From positions 5,047 to 69,046 of the forward strand of contig DATJHJ010000030.1 of NCBI GenBank assembly GCA_035494015.1: 64,000 nucleotides of DNA, read 5' to 3'. A model generated the notes under the pieces. It worked only from the letters and a program-made list of their open reading frames with translations. It made no database searches and was not told the origin of the DNA. Both the position numbers and the translations under genes were made by a program. This document shows, piece after piece, positions 1 to 8,740 of this stretch (its first letter is position 1; every line of letters starts with the position of its first letter). The DNA comes from Acidimicrobiales bacterium (GTDB lineage Bacteria > Actinomycetota > Acidimicrobiia > Acidimicrobiales > AC-14).

Positions 1-204
1 GGTCGACTTGCCCGAGCCGTTCTCCCCGACCAGGCCGTACGTGGTCCCCCCCTCGATCTCCAGGGAGACGTCCCGCAGGGCCCAGAACTCGTCGAAGCGA
101 GCCCGCCCGCCCCGCATCACCGCCGCCTTCAGGGACCGGTTCCGCTCGTGGTACAGCCGGAAGCGCTTGCTGACCCCGTCGACGACGACCGCAGGTTCAG
201 CCAC
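1..204 (-). CDS. ABC transporter ATP-binding protein, Wzt/TagH-type glycan exporter (5' part only; gene runs off the window start)
   Basis: Not in the ORF track (open-ended). Own minus-strand translation from GTG 202-204: VAEPAVVVDGVSKRFRLYHERNRSLKAAVMRGGRARFDEFWALRDVSLEIEGGTTYGLVGENGSGKST. It has Walker A GENGSGKST and the SKRFRLY...SLK leader typical of Wzt/TagH. The start overlaps the upstream methyltransferase stop by 8 nt. Confidence 0.6.
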   Translation of the reverse strand, partial: MAEPAVVVDGVSKRFRLYHERNRSLKAAVMRGGRARFDEFWALRDVSLEIEGGTTYGLVGENGSGKST

Positions 205-1189
205 GGCCGAGGAGGCCGCGCCCGCGCCCGTACACCGATCGGGCCAGGTGCGACCAACGCATGGTCCGGGTGGCCAGCACGGCCTCGAGCTCGGCGCTCA
301 CCCGATCCACCTCGGCCCGGGCCTGGTCCAGGTCGTCGCCCGTGCCGGCCAGCCGTGTCTCCAGGTCGGCGGCCCGTTTCTCGGCGTCCTCGGCCCGGGC
401 CTGCAGCTCCTGCACGGTCCGCCGGGCCGCCGACAGCTCGCCCTCCAGCCGGGCGATGGTGGCCCGGTGGGTCTCGTCCAAGGCCTGCAGGCGGGCCACC
501 GCGGCGTCGGCGTCGTCGGCGACGGCTCGCACGACGTACTGGTAGGTCGACGACTCCGGGTCGGCGAGGACGGCGTCGACCACCTCCGGCCGGGCATCGG
601 CCTCGTAGATCGGGACCGGCGTCTCGTAGAAGCCCGCCGTGGTCCGCCGCACGTCGACGATGGCCATGCCCGCGTCGTGGAACAGCCGCTCGATGGACGC
701 CTTGGTGAAGAAGCGGACATGGGTGCTGTCGAGCAGGCCGAGGGGCTGGTAGTCGAAGCGGCCGGCCACCAGGGCCAGGCGGACGCTGCCGTGGGCGATG
801 TTGGGGATCGACGCCACCACGCTGCCCCGCTCGGCCAGCACCTGCTTGGCGTTGCGCAGCGCGGCGAGCGGGTCGCGCAGGTGCTCCAGCACGTCGCCGA
901 AGACCACAACGTCGAACCGGTCGTCACCGAAGGTCTCCAGCAGGTCGAGCGCCTCGACGTCGCCCACGACGAGCCGCTGGAGGTACGGGCGGGCCTCCTC
1001 GGCGGCGACCGGGTCCGCCTCCAGGCCCGAGACCGTGCACCCGCGCTCCCCGAGGACCCGGGCCAGGTAGCCGGTGGCGCAGCCCACGTCGAGGACCCGC
1101 TTGTCGCCACCCACGAGCTCGACCATGAGCGTGTGACTGTTGTTGCGGTTCGAGAGGTCGATGTCGGTGTCGTACCGGGAACCGTCCAT
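197..1189 (-). CDS. class I SAM-dependent methyltransferase with about 100-aa C-terminal coiled-coil extension
   Basis: 330-aa ORF. SAM motif I VLDVGCATGYLA and DVVVFGDVLEHL. The C-terminal third is heptad-rich Ala/Glu/Arg/Leu (ARLQALDETHRATIARLEGELSAARRTVQELQARAEDAEKRAADLETRL...). ATG at 1187-1189. Confidence 0.85.
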   Translation of the reverse strand: MDGSRYDTDIDLSNRNNSHTLMVELVGGDKRVLDVGCATGYLARVLGERGCTVSGLEADPVAAEEARPYLQRLVVGDVEALDLLETFGDDRFDVVVFGDVLEHLRDPLAALRNAKQVLAERGSVVASIPNIAHGSVRLALVAGRFDYQPLGLLDSTHVRFFTKASIERLFHDAGMAIVDVRRTTAGFYETPVPIYEADARPEVVDAVLADPESSTYQYVVRAVADDADAAVARLQALDETHRATIARLEGELSAARRTVQELQARAEDAEKRAADLETRLAGTGDDLDQARAEVDRVSAELEAVLATRTMRWSHLARSVYGRGRGLLGRG

Positions 1190-1230
1190 TTGTTGCCGCC
1201 AACCTTAACCGTGCCTCGGCAAACGAGAGG

Positions 1231-4026
1231 TCAGGCCCTCCTGCGCCGGCGCCGGGGGCCGATCCAGGCCACGAGCACCCCGAGGAGGGCGATGCCGCTG
1301 ACCGCGGCGCCGACCACGAAGCTACGGGGCATGTAACGGAGCACGACCGTGTGCCGGCCGGGGGGCAGGAAGACGCCCTGGAGGGTCCCGTCGACCGGGA
1401 CGAGCGCCGCCGGCCGGCCGTCGACCCGGGCCGACCACCCCTGGGCCAGATCCTGGGACACCACGAGGAGGGACGGGACATCGCCGTCGACCACGGCGCG
1501 CGCCGAGTTGTCGGCCAGCTTGGACGACACGACGACGGGGTCGCGTCCCTGGCCCGAGTCCCCGCCCGGACGGGCCGGGCCGACGTAGGCGGCCACGTCC
1601 GCGTCCTCGGCCGGCCTGGACGCGGCCCACGCCAGGAGCGCGGCCTGGTCGGGGAACGCCCGCCAGCGGCGGTGGGCGCTGACCAGGGGCCAGGCCGATG
1701 GTCGCTGGTAGATCCAGGACTGCTCGGTCGAGGCCAGGCGCACGGCTTGGCCGGGATCCTCGACCAACAGCTGGCGGGCCACCCTGGTCCCGGTCATCCC
1801 CAGGGCGACGTGGCACGACGGCCTGGTGGCCGACACCGCCAGGCGGTACGGGTCGCCGGCGGCCAGGGCCCGGCCGAGGATGGCGAACCCGGTCCAGCCG
1901 CCCGTGTCGAACGGGGCTCGGGAGCTGGCGGCGAGGACCCGTCCCCGGCTGATCAGCGACACCTGTACCGACGATCGACGGCAGTTCCCCCCGACCCGGA
2001 CCGGGAGATAGATGCCGTTGAGCGGGCCGGGCGCCACCCCGGCCAGCGCCTCGTCGGCCATCCCCTCCGCCGGCGCCCAGCGGTCCCAGGTCAGATCGGC
2101 GTCCTCCGGCACCCGGCCGTAGGGCAGTTCGTCGGTCCCCTCGGCGAAGTAGCCAACGGCCAGATCGTCCAGGAGCGGCGAGGTGAGGTTCCACTCCTCG
2201 CGCCGCAGGTCGATCTTGAGGGGATCCCGGGCGAACGCCCCCGGGTTCACCGCTTGGATGAGGGCCCGCAGGCCCTTCGAGCGCAGGGCCACGCCCCGCA
2301 GGTCGGGAAGCCCGAGCACCTGGCCGGAGTTGGGGTAGAAGCTGAAGCCGGGGCCGGCGAACCGGTAGCGACCGTCGAGCAGGGCCCGCAGGGCCCGGTG
2401 TCCGGCCTGCTCGCCGTAGAAGTCCCGCACCGGCGCCTCGGGCGTGAAGTGGCGCAGCGGCCAGCCCAGCTCGGCGAAGAGCAGCCCGGCGACGAGGACC
2501 GCGGCGCCGAGCTGGCGGCGATGGCCCGGCCGCCGGGCCACGACGGCGGCGATGGCAACGGCGAGGCCGGCCACGACCAATCCCAGCGAGAAGTGGACGA
2601 CCACGTAGCGCAGCCGGTTGGCCGCGGAGGCGGCCCGGGCGAAATCGGGGAGGTTCACGGCCACACCGGCGGCGAGGACGGCCAGGAGGGCGCCGGCGGC
2701 GGCGCGGGAGGCGCGAAAACCCGTCGACCCGCGGCGGCTCCACCAGGCGTCGAGCACCAGCCCCCCGAGCACGGCGCCGGCCAGGTTGATCAGGTAGCGG
2801 GACCGCCCGATGGGGTTGCGGGCCACGCCCGGGAGGTGGGACATCACGGTGAAGAGCGGCGTACCGAGGAAGCAGACGACGACCGCCACCGCGGCCATGC
2901 CACAGAAGAAGGGCCAGGCGCCGGCCCCCTCCGGGGCGAGCCGGATCCGACCGGCGACCGCCGCCACCAGCCCGATGGCGAGGCCGACGGCGACGATCAT
3001 CCCCACGTGGGACACGCTCTCCACCGGGTTGAGCCCGCTCCACCACGGCCCCCCGAGCGGCGGGCCGATGGCGCTGAGGTCGAACAGTCCGAACAGCTGG
3101 ATGCCGGGGATGTGCCCGGTGACGGTGGTGGCGCGGACGTCGAGCGTCCCGCGGTTGAGCACCTCGCTGACGAAGGGGACGAGCGTCACGGCGGCGAGGG
3201 CGACGCCCCAGGCGACGGCCAGGGCGGGAGCGACCGCCCGCCGGAGCACGGCACGCAGCCCCGGCGCCCCCCGCACGGCCAGCCAGGCCGCCCAGGCCGC
3301 GGTGGCGTAGACGGCGTAGACCCACCCCGACGGGAACCCCTCGAACCATCCCCAGGCCACCAGCCCGGCCAAGACCGCGGCCCGCCGCAGGTTCGGGCGG
3401 GCGTGCAGGCGGTGGGCGGCCCAGAACATCGCCGGCACGACGAACACGACGTCCACCCGGTGGATGAAGACCAGGTTGGTACCGCTGAACGTGTAGGCCA
3501 CGCCGGCGAGGATGGCCGGGCCGGCGGCGGCGCCCAGCCGGCGCAGCAGGAGGAACGTGAAGGCCTCGGAGAACACCAGGGCGAGGAAGGTCTTCAGCCC
3601 GACGGCGTACCAGGCGGGCAGGAAGAGGTAGCCGACGCTGAAGGGCGACATCGCCCCGCCGAGCGGGAGCGTGCCGGTGGGCTGGCCGACGGCGACCGCC
3701 GGATCCCAACGCTGGAAGACCCCGTGGCGGAGGGCGCGGAAGAAGGCGGTCGGGCCGGCGAGGGACTCCGCCTGGTCCGACTGGACCGGCGACTCGACGT
3801 GCGGCACCCGGCCGATGGCGTCGCGGTAGGGCGCCTTCGGCTCGACCAGGTCGACACCGGCGTACGTGCGCTGGCCCAGCAGGGCATGGGGCATGAGCAG
3901 GAACGCACAGGCCAGGAACACCGCGGCTGGTACGAGGGCCCGCCTGGTGGTCTCGCGGGTCATGTGGCCGGGATTCTTGCTCGCGTTGCGCCGCCGGCGC
4001 CCGTCAACCAAACGGGCGGGCGACAC
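1231..4026 (-). CDS. large polytopic membrane protein, YfhO/GT-C-like (family call tentative)
   Basis: 931 aa. Many hydrophobic helices in the N-terminal half, then a large soluble region and a final TM (AAVSGIALLGVLVAWIG). GTG 4026 is preceded by GAGGAG; ATG 3963 (MTRETTRR) is an alternative start. The mirror + strand ORF is Arg/Gly/Pro junk. Confidence 0.7.
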   Translation of the reverse strand: MSPARLVDGRRRRNASKNPGHMTRETTRRALVPAAVFLACAFLLMPHALLGQRTYAGVDLVEPKAPYRDAIGRVPHVESPVQSDQAESLAGPTAFFRALRHGVFQRWDPAVAVGQPTGTLPLGGAMSPFSVGYLFLPAWYAVGLKTFLALVFSEAFTFLLLRRLGAAAGPAILAGVAYTFSGTNLVFIHRVDVVFVVPAMFWAAHRLHARPNLRRAAVLAGLVAWGWFEGFPSGWVYAVYATAAWAAWLAVRGAPGLRAVLRRAVAPALAVAWGVALAAVTLVPFVSEVLNRGTLDVRATTVTGHIPGIQLFGLFDLSAIGPPLGGPWWSGLNPVESVSHVGMIVAVGLAIGLVAAVAGRIRLAPEGAGAWPFFCGMAAVAVVVCFLGTPLFTVMSHLPGVARNPIGRSRYLINLAGAVLGGLVLDAWWSRRGSTGFRASRAAAGALLAVLAAGVAVNLPDFARAASAANRLRYVVVHFSLGLVVAGLAVAIAAVVARRPGHRRQLGAAVLVAGLLFAELGWPLRHFTPEAPVRDFYGEQAGHRALRALLDGRYRFAGPGFSFYPNSGQVLGLPDLRGVALRSKGLRALIQAVNPGAFARDPLKIDLRREEWNLTSPLLDDLAVGYFAEGTDELPYGRVPEDADLTWDRWAPAEGMADEALAGVAPGPLNGIYLPVRVGGNCRRSSVQVSLISRGRVLAASSRAPFDTGGWTGFAILGRALAAGDPYRLAVSATRPSCHVALGMTGTRVARQLLVEDPGQAVRLASTEQSWIYQRPSAWPLVSAHRRWRAFPDQAALLAWAASRPAEDADVAAYVGPARPGGDSGQGRDPVVVSSKLADNSARAVVDGDVPSLLVVSQDLAQGWSARVDGRPAALVPVDGTLQGVFLPPGRHTVVLRYMPRSFVVGAAVSGIALLGVLVAWIGPRRRRRRA

Positions 4027-4142
4027 GTCTCCTCAGGTAGGGCGGCTATGGTGACGGCGCCCAAGGCGAGCGGCAACGCCTCGGTCCCCCCGTGTGGTCA
4101 CGTGATCGCCCCGGGACCCAGGCTCGATCAGAGGGAGACGGG

Positions 4143-5711
4143 ATGAGGAAGCGGAACGTCCGGATCGGACTGGTAGCGGCGGCGTTGCTGCTGCAGCTGG
4201 TCGGAACGGTCGGTGCGGCGGTCGCACAGGCGGTGCCAGATGTGACGTTCACCTTCTCCCCGGGCTCCGGCCCGCCGGGGACCAAGATCAACTTCTCCGG
4301 CACCGGCTGCACGCACAGCACGGCGACGCCCGCGCCGCCCCAGGACGGCGTCTTCCTCATCACCCGCGACGGCACCACCGCCCACCCCGTCCCGTTCGTA
4401 TCCGACGCCAGCGGCAACTTCAGCGGCGTCTACGACACCACCCAGGACGTCCCCGGCTCGTACACGACCGTGGTGAGCTGCACGTCCACCGGCAAGGGCG
4501 GCGTCGGCAGCCCCTTCACCGTCACCGTGCCGGTGATCCCCGGCTCGACGTACACCCCGGTCACGCCGGTCCGTGTCCTCGACACCCGCGACGGCACCGG
4601 TACCGGCGGCGTGATCAACCCGGTGGGCCAGGCCGGGGTCATCGACCTCAAGGTCGCCGGCGTCGGTGCCGTTCCGGCCAACGCCACGGCCGTGGCGCTC
4701 AACGTGACCGAAACCGGCAGCACGGCGCCCCCGGGCGGCAGCTACGTCACCGTGTGGCCGACCGGCTCCGCCCAGCCCCTGGCGTCCAACCTCAACTTCT
4801 ACGCCGGCACGTCGATGCCGAACATGGTCATCTCCCGGGTCGGGACCGACGGCAAGGTGTCCTTCTACAACAACCTCGGCTCCGTCAACCTCGTGGCCGA
4901 CCTCCAGGGGTGGTTCGTCCCCGACAACAGCGCCTCCACGTACATCCCGCTCAACCCGGCCCGCGTCCTCGACACCAGGGACGGCACGGGCGCACCCGCG
5001 GCCCAAGTCGGCCCAGGCGGCGCCGTCGAGCTGAACGTGCTGGGCGCGGGCGGCGTCCCCACCACCGGCGTGGCCGCCGTGGCCCTGAACGTCACCGTCA
5101 CCCGTGACAGCGGGCCCGAGAGCTTCCTGACCGTCTGGCCCTCGGGGAGCAGCCGGCCGCTGGCCTCCAACCTGAACTTCACCAGCGGCCCGCCCGCCAC
5201 CAACCTGGTCATCGCCCGGGTGGGCGACGGCGGCAAGGTGGCCTTCTTCAACAACCTGGGCAGCACCGACGTGATCGCCGACGTGCAGGGCTACTTCGCC
5301 GCTCCGGTGGCGTCGGGCACCGCCCTGCCGGGGGGCACCTACATGCCGATCAGCCCGGTCCGCGTCCTCGACACCCGGGCCGGTGTGGGCACGCCGGGCG
5401 GCGCCATCGGCCAGCTCGGCACCCAGGGCGTGATCGACGTGACAGTGGCGGGAGTCGGCGGGGTCCCCGCGGGGGCGACCTCGGTCGTCCTGAACGTCAC
5501 CGCCGCCGACTCGCCCGGGCCCGAGAGCTACCTCACCCTCTTCCCCACGGGCACCACCCGCCCGGTGGCGTCGAACCTCAACTTCGTCGCCGGCCAGACC
5601 ATCCCGAACCTGGTGATCGTCCGGCTGAACGGGGGCAAGGTGTCGATCTACAACAACCTGGGCTCGACGAACGTGATCGCCGACATCCAGGGCTGGTTCC
5701 AGACGAGCTAG
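4143..5711 (+). CDS. secreted protein: signal peptide, Ig-like N-domain, three tandem about 131-aa repeat domains
   Basis: ATG 4143 gives MRKRNVRIGLVAAALLLQLVGTVGAAVAQA (Sec signal) with GGGAGA upstream, so the track start 4092 is judged too early. Strong GC3 bias in this frame. Confidence 0.8.
   Translation: MRKRNVRIGLVAAALLLQLVGTVGAAVAQAVPDVTFTFSPGSGPPGTKINFSGTGCTHSTATPAPPQDGVFLITRDGTTAHPVPFVSDASGNFSGVYDTTQDVPGSYTTVVSCTSTGKGGVGSPFTVTVPVIPGSTYTPVTPVRVLDTRDGTGTGGVINPVGQAGVIDLKVAGVGAVPANATAVALNVTETGSTAPPGGSYVTVWPTGSAQPLASNLNFYAGTSMPNMVISRVGTDGKVSFYNNLGSVNLVADLQGWFVPDNSASTYIPLNPARVLDTRDGTGAPAAQVGPGGAVELNVLGAGGVPTTGVAAVALNVTVTRDSGPESFLTVWPSGSSRPLASNLNFTSGPPATNLVIARVGDGGKVAFFNNLGSTDVIADVQGYFAAPVASGTALPGGTYMPISPVRVLDTRAGVGTPGGAIGQLGTQGVIDVTVAGVGGVPAGATSVVLNVTAADSPGPESYLTLFPTGTTRPVASNLNFVAGQTIPNLVIVRLNGGKVSIYNNLGSTNVIADIQGWFQTS
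4548..5708 (+). repeat. three in-frame tandem domain repeats (period about 393-399 nt)
   Basis: Copies begin at 4548, 4941 and 5340 with Y-x-P-x-x-P-x-RVLDTR. Each continues ...LNVT...(W/F)P(T/S)G...ASNLNF...N(M/L)VI...GKV(S/A)...NNLGS..(V/I)AD(L/V/I)QG(W/Y)F. Confidence 0.85.
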
Positions 5712-5720
5712 TGCCCCATC

Positions 5721-5760
5721 GAGCCGCCGCCCGCCCCTGTTACGGGGCCGGCGGCGGCTC
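5721..5760. terminator. GC-rich hairpin between convergent genes (possible bidirectional terminator)
   Basis: gagccgccgcccgcccc / ggggccggcggcggctc: a 17-bp stem with 1 mismatch and a 6-nt loop. The right arm overlaps the last codons and stop of the aldehyde dehydrogenase gene. No U-tract. Confidence 0.35.
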
Positions 5761-7110
5761 GATGTGCACCACCCGGACCCGCGTGAGCTCGTCCAGCAGC
5801 TCGGGCCCGTAGCCGAACCCCTCCCCGGACGCGCCGTGGGGCGACGCCGCCCCGCCGGGGGCCCCGCCGAACGCGGCGTTGACCTTCACCGTGCCCACCG
5901 CCAGCTCGCGCACCGCCCGCTGGGCGTGGCCCATGTCGGGCGTGAGCACCACGGCCGCCAGCCCGTACCTGGTGCTACCGGCCAGGGCCAGGGCCTCCTC
6001 GAAGGACGCCACCACCTGGACGGCGGCCACCGGCCCGAACGTCTCGTCCTCGACCACCGCCATCCCCTGCCGCACCCCGGTGAGCACGGTCGGCGGGTAG
6101 AACGACCCTGGCCCCTCGACCGGCGCCCCGCCGCAGCGCAGCTCGGCGCCCGCCTCGACCGCGGCCCGCACATGGCCGTCGACCACCGCCCGCTGACGAT
6201 CGTCGACCAGGGGCCCCATCTCCGTCGCCGGATCGGTCCCCGGCCCGAGCCGGAGCGACTTGGCCCGGTTCACCAGCTCGTCCACGAAGGCGTCCGCCAG
6301 CGAGGCGTGGACGTAGATCCGCTCCACCGAGGTGCAGATCTGGCCGGCGTTGGCGAAGCAGCCGACGGCCGCCTGCTCGGCGGCCCAGGCCGGGTCGACG
6401 CCGGCGTCGATGATCATCGGGTCCTTGCCGCCGAGCTCGAGGACCGCCTTGGCGCCGCGAGCAGCGCAGGCGGCGGCGACGGACCGGCCGGTGGCCACCG
6501 AGCCCACGTGGACCACGATGTCGACGCCGGCGTGCGCGGCGAGGGAGGCACCCAGGGCGCCGTCGCCCACGGCGAGCTGCAGGACACCCTCGGGTAGCTC
6601 GGCGTTCAGCAGCCGTAGCACCTCGGCGGTGGCCAAGGGCGTCCGCTCGCTCGGCTTGCAGATCACCGTGTTGCCGACCACGAGGTTGGCGGCGATCTGG
6701 GCGCAGGCGATGGCCACCGGGTCGTTCCATGGCAGGCACAGGGCCGCCACACCCCGAGGGACCCGGATCATCAGGTCGGTCGCATCCCAGTCCCCCTGCA
6801 ACGCCCGGCCTCGGTGCAACGGCCCCAGCTCGGCGTACTGCTCGATGGCGGCGATACCGGCCTCCACCCCGCCGCGAGAGTCGGCCAGCACCTTGCCGCC
6901 CTCGCGGGTCTGCAGCAGGGCGATTTCGGCCGCCGCGGCACGGAGGCGGGCGGCGCCGGCCTTGAGGGCGCCGGCACGCTCCCCCGCGCCCGTACGCGCC
7001 CACGCCGCCTGCGCTCGGCGGGCCACCCGCACCAGCCCGTCGGGTTCGGAGCAGGGCAACCGCCCGACGACGTCGCCGGTGGCCGGGTCGGTGACTACGA
7101 GCTCGTCCAT
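5740..7110 (-). CDS. aldehyde dehydrogenase family protein
   Basis: 456 aa. ALDH signatures LELGGKDP and the catalytic-Cys context FANAGQICTSVERIYV. NAD-binding region GNTVICKPSERTP. Confidence 0.9.
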   Translation of the reverse strand: MDELVVTDPATGDVVGRLPCSEPDGLVRVARRAQAAWARTGAGERAGALKAGAARLRAAAAEIALLQTREGGKVLADSRGGVEAGIAAIEQYAELGPLHRGRALQGDWDATDLMIRVPRGVAALCLPWNDPVAIACAQIAANLVVGNTVICKPSERTPLATAEVLRLLNAELPEGVLQLAVGDGALGASLAAHAGVDIVVHVGSVATGRSVAAACAARGAKAVLELGGKDPMIIDAGVDPAWAAEQAAVGCFANAGQICTSVERIYVHASLADAFVDELVNRAKSLRLGPGTDPATEMGPLVDDRQRAVVDGHVRAAVEAGAELRCGGAPVEGPGSFYPPTVLTGVRQGMAVVEDETFGPVAAVQVVASFEEALALAGSTRYGLAAVVLTPDMGHAQRAVRELAVGTVKVNAAFGGAPGGAASPHGASGEGFGYGPELLDELTRVRVVHIEPPPAP

Positions 7111-7436
7111 GACCCCTGCCTTCCCCCGAGCGGCCGGTTTGACCCGCCGCGCCCGCTATGGCCTAGGGTTACCCCGTCGTCGTACCCGAGCACGACGGGC
7201 CGGTGCACACCACCGAGCCCACCCTGCGCCCCCGTTGCGGGTGCCGGCGTGCCTCAGAAAGGAGACGGCTGCTGAGAGCCCTCCGGTTGGGCAACCTGAT
7301 CTCGTGGTCGGCGGTCGAGAACCTCTTCACTGGCGTCCCGACCGAGCCGGAAGGATCGCAGTGTCACCGTCCGCAAGGATCCCAGGTTGACCGAGCGGAT
7401 GGCGCGGCGTCGCCCGGGAACCCGTTCTGGGCTCGC

Positions 7437-7970
7437 ATGGGCGCCGAGATCACCCGCCAGCCGGTCCGGGTGTTCGCCGCCTGCCTGGTGACGGTCCTCG
7501 CCCCGGCCGTCGTCGCCAGCGCCAGCAGCGCGGACGCCCCCAAGCCGGCCGTCCAGCCTGCGCCGGCTCCGGCCGCTGCTGCCGGTCCGGCCCAGCCCGG
7601 GGACACGGCCAGCTGGCTCGCCGTGGCCCGGGAGGCGGCCGGTGCCTGCCCCGGCCTGCCACCGGCCGTCCTCGTCGCCGTGGGGCAGGTCGAGACCGGG
7701 CTGGGCGCGCTGTCGACCACCTCGACGGCCGGCGCCGTCGGGCCCATGCAGTTCCTCCCGTCGACGTGGGCCGCCTACGGGGTCGACGGTGACGGTGACG
7801 GGGTGGCCGATCCCACCGACCCCTCCGACGCCCTGGCCGGCGCAACCCGGCTGCTGTGCGCCAACGGCGGCGCCGACAGCGACCGGCTGGCCTCGGCGCT
7901 GTGGAACTACAACCACTCGGACGACTACGTCCGCCTGGTCCTGGCCGTCGCCCGCTTCCTGCCGGGCTAG
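7437..7970 (+). CDS. secreted lytic transglycosylase-domain protein
   Basis: C-terminal part GQVETGLG...GPMQFLPSTWAAYGVDGDGDGVADP...LWNYNHSDDYV resembles SLT/MltB-type domains. ATG 7437 yields a signal-like VRVFAACLVTVLAPAVVASASSA. The track start 7203 is probably too far upstream. Confidence 0.7.
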   Translation: MGAEITRQPVRVFAACLVTVLAPAVVASASSADAPKPAVQPAPAPAAAAGPAQPGDTASWLAVAREAAGACPGLPPAVLVAVGQVETGLGALSTTSTAGAVGPMQFLPSTWAAYGVDGDGDGVADPTDPSDALAGATRLLCANGGADSDRLASALWNYNHSDDYVRLVLAVARFLPG

Positions 7971-8716
7971 GACGCGATGCGGGCCCGGTACCGGCGGCGG
8001 CGACCCAGCACGAAATCCCGGATCCCCCAGAGCGTGACCAGGGCGAGGGCCTCGACGATGATGCGGCTGGAGATCTTCGAGCTCCCCCGCTCACGGTCGA
8101 CGAACTCGATGGGGATCTCGACGATCGAGGCCCCCCGGCAGAACAGGCGGTACACCATCTCGATGTTCGAGCCGTAGCCGTCGGCGCGTGAGGCGTCATA
8201 GGCGATCCCCCGCAACGCCTCGGCCCGGTAGGCGCGAAAGCCGGTGGTGGCGTCGTGCAGCGGCAGGCCCAGGATGAACGAGGCGTACCGGTTCCCCCAT
8301 CGGGAGAGGAGCCGGCGGTGCAGGGGCCAGTCGGGCGTTGAGCCGCCGGGCACGTACCGCGAGCCGACGGCCAGGTCGGCGCCGTCGTCGACCGCGGCCA
8401 GCAGATCCGGGAGCCGCTTGGGGTCATGGGACAGGTCGCTGTCCATGTAGGCGATGATGTCGTAACCGCGCGCCAGCCCCTCGATGCCACCGGCGCGGTA
8501 GGCGCTGCCCAGGCCCTGCTTGCCCGGCCGGATCAGCACGTCGACCCCGCCCAGCTCGTGGCCGACGTCCTTGGCCACCTCGGCGGTGCCGTCCGGGCTC
8601 GAGTCGTCGACAACGAGCACGTCCGCCTCGGGCGCCGCGGCCCGCAGTCGCCGGAGCACGTCGGCGACGTTCTCCGCCTCCTGGTACGTGGGCATGACGA
8701 CGAGCGCCCGTGACAC
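7967..8716 (-). CDS. ppm1: GT2 polyprenol-phosphate mannose synthase-like glycosyltransferase
   Basis: 249 aa. VVMPTYQEAENV, VVDDSSPDGT, DSDLSHDP and GFRAYR are typical of the Ppm1/DPM1 family. GTG start; ATG 8695 is an alternative. Confidence 0.75.
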   Translation of the reverse strand: MSRALVVMPTYQEAENVADVLRRLRAAAPEADVLVVDDSSPDGTAEVAKDVGHELGGVDVLIRPGKQGLGSAYRAGGIEGLARGYDIIAYMDSDLSHDPKRLPDLLAAVDDGADLAVGSRYVPGGSTPDWPLHRRLLSRWGNRYASFILGLPLHDATTGFRAYRAEALRGIAYDASRADGYGSNIEMVYRLFCRGASIVEIPIEFVDRERGSSKISSRIIVEALALVTLWGIRDFVLGRRRRYRARIAS

Positions 8717-8740
8717 GTGCCTACGCCTCCCGTCCCGCCT

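Noticed and set aside
1351-4146. 931-aa plus-strand ORF mirroring the 931-aa minus-strand ORF. Similar very long ORFs occur elsewhere: 8-1336 +, 12387-14375 -, 27440-30037 +, 43124-45040 -, 51018-52931 -, 60138-61877 -, 61619-63673 upstream part, and the 5' extensions of 17679-19853, 18611-20230, 19903-21795 and 20763-22712.
   Set aside because: Their translations are Arg/Gly/Pro/Ala low-complexity strings typical of off-frame or antisense reading of very high-GC DNA. In every case the other strand or frame encodes a protein with recognisable family motifs or TM helices and G/C-rich third positions.
7111-7436. Possible c-di-AMP (ydaO-type) riboswitch in the 325-nt region upstream of the lytic transglycosylase gene. 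Such genes often carry one in Actinobacteria.
   Set aside because: I found only weak partial resemblance: GAACCCG...CUCGCA near the start codon and two GGAUC boxes. The highly conserved ACGGGG / GGGGUGAAUC-type cores are not visible. A covariance-model scan would be needed, so it is not reported as a feature.
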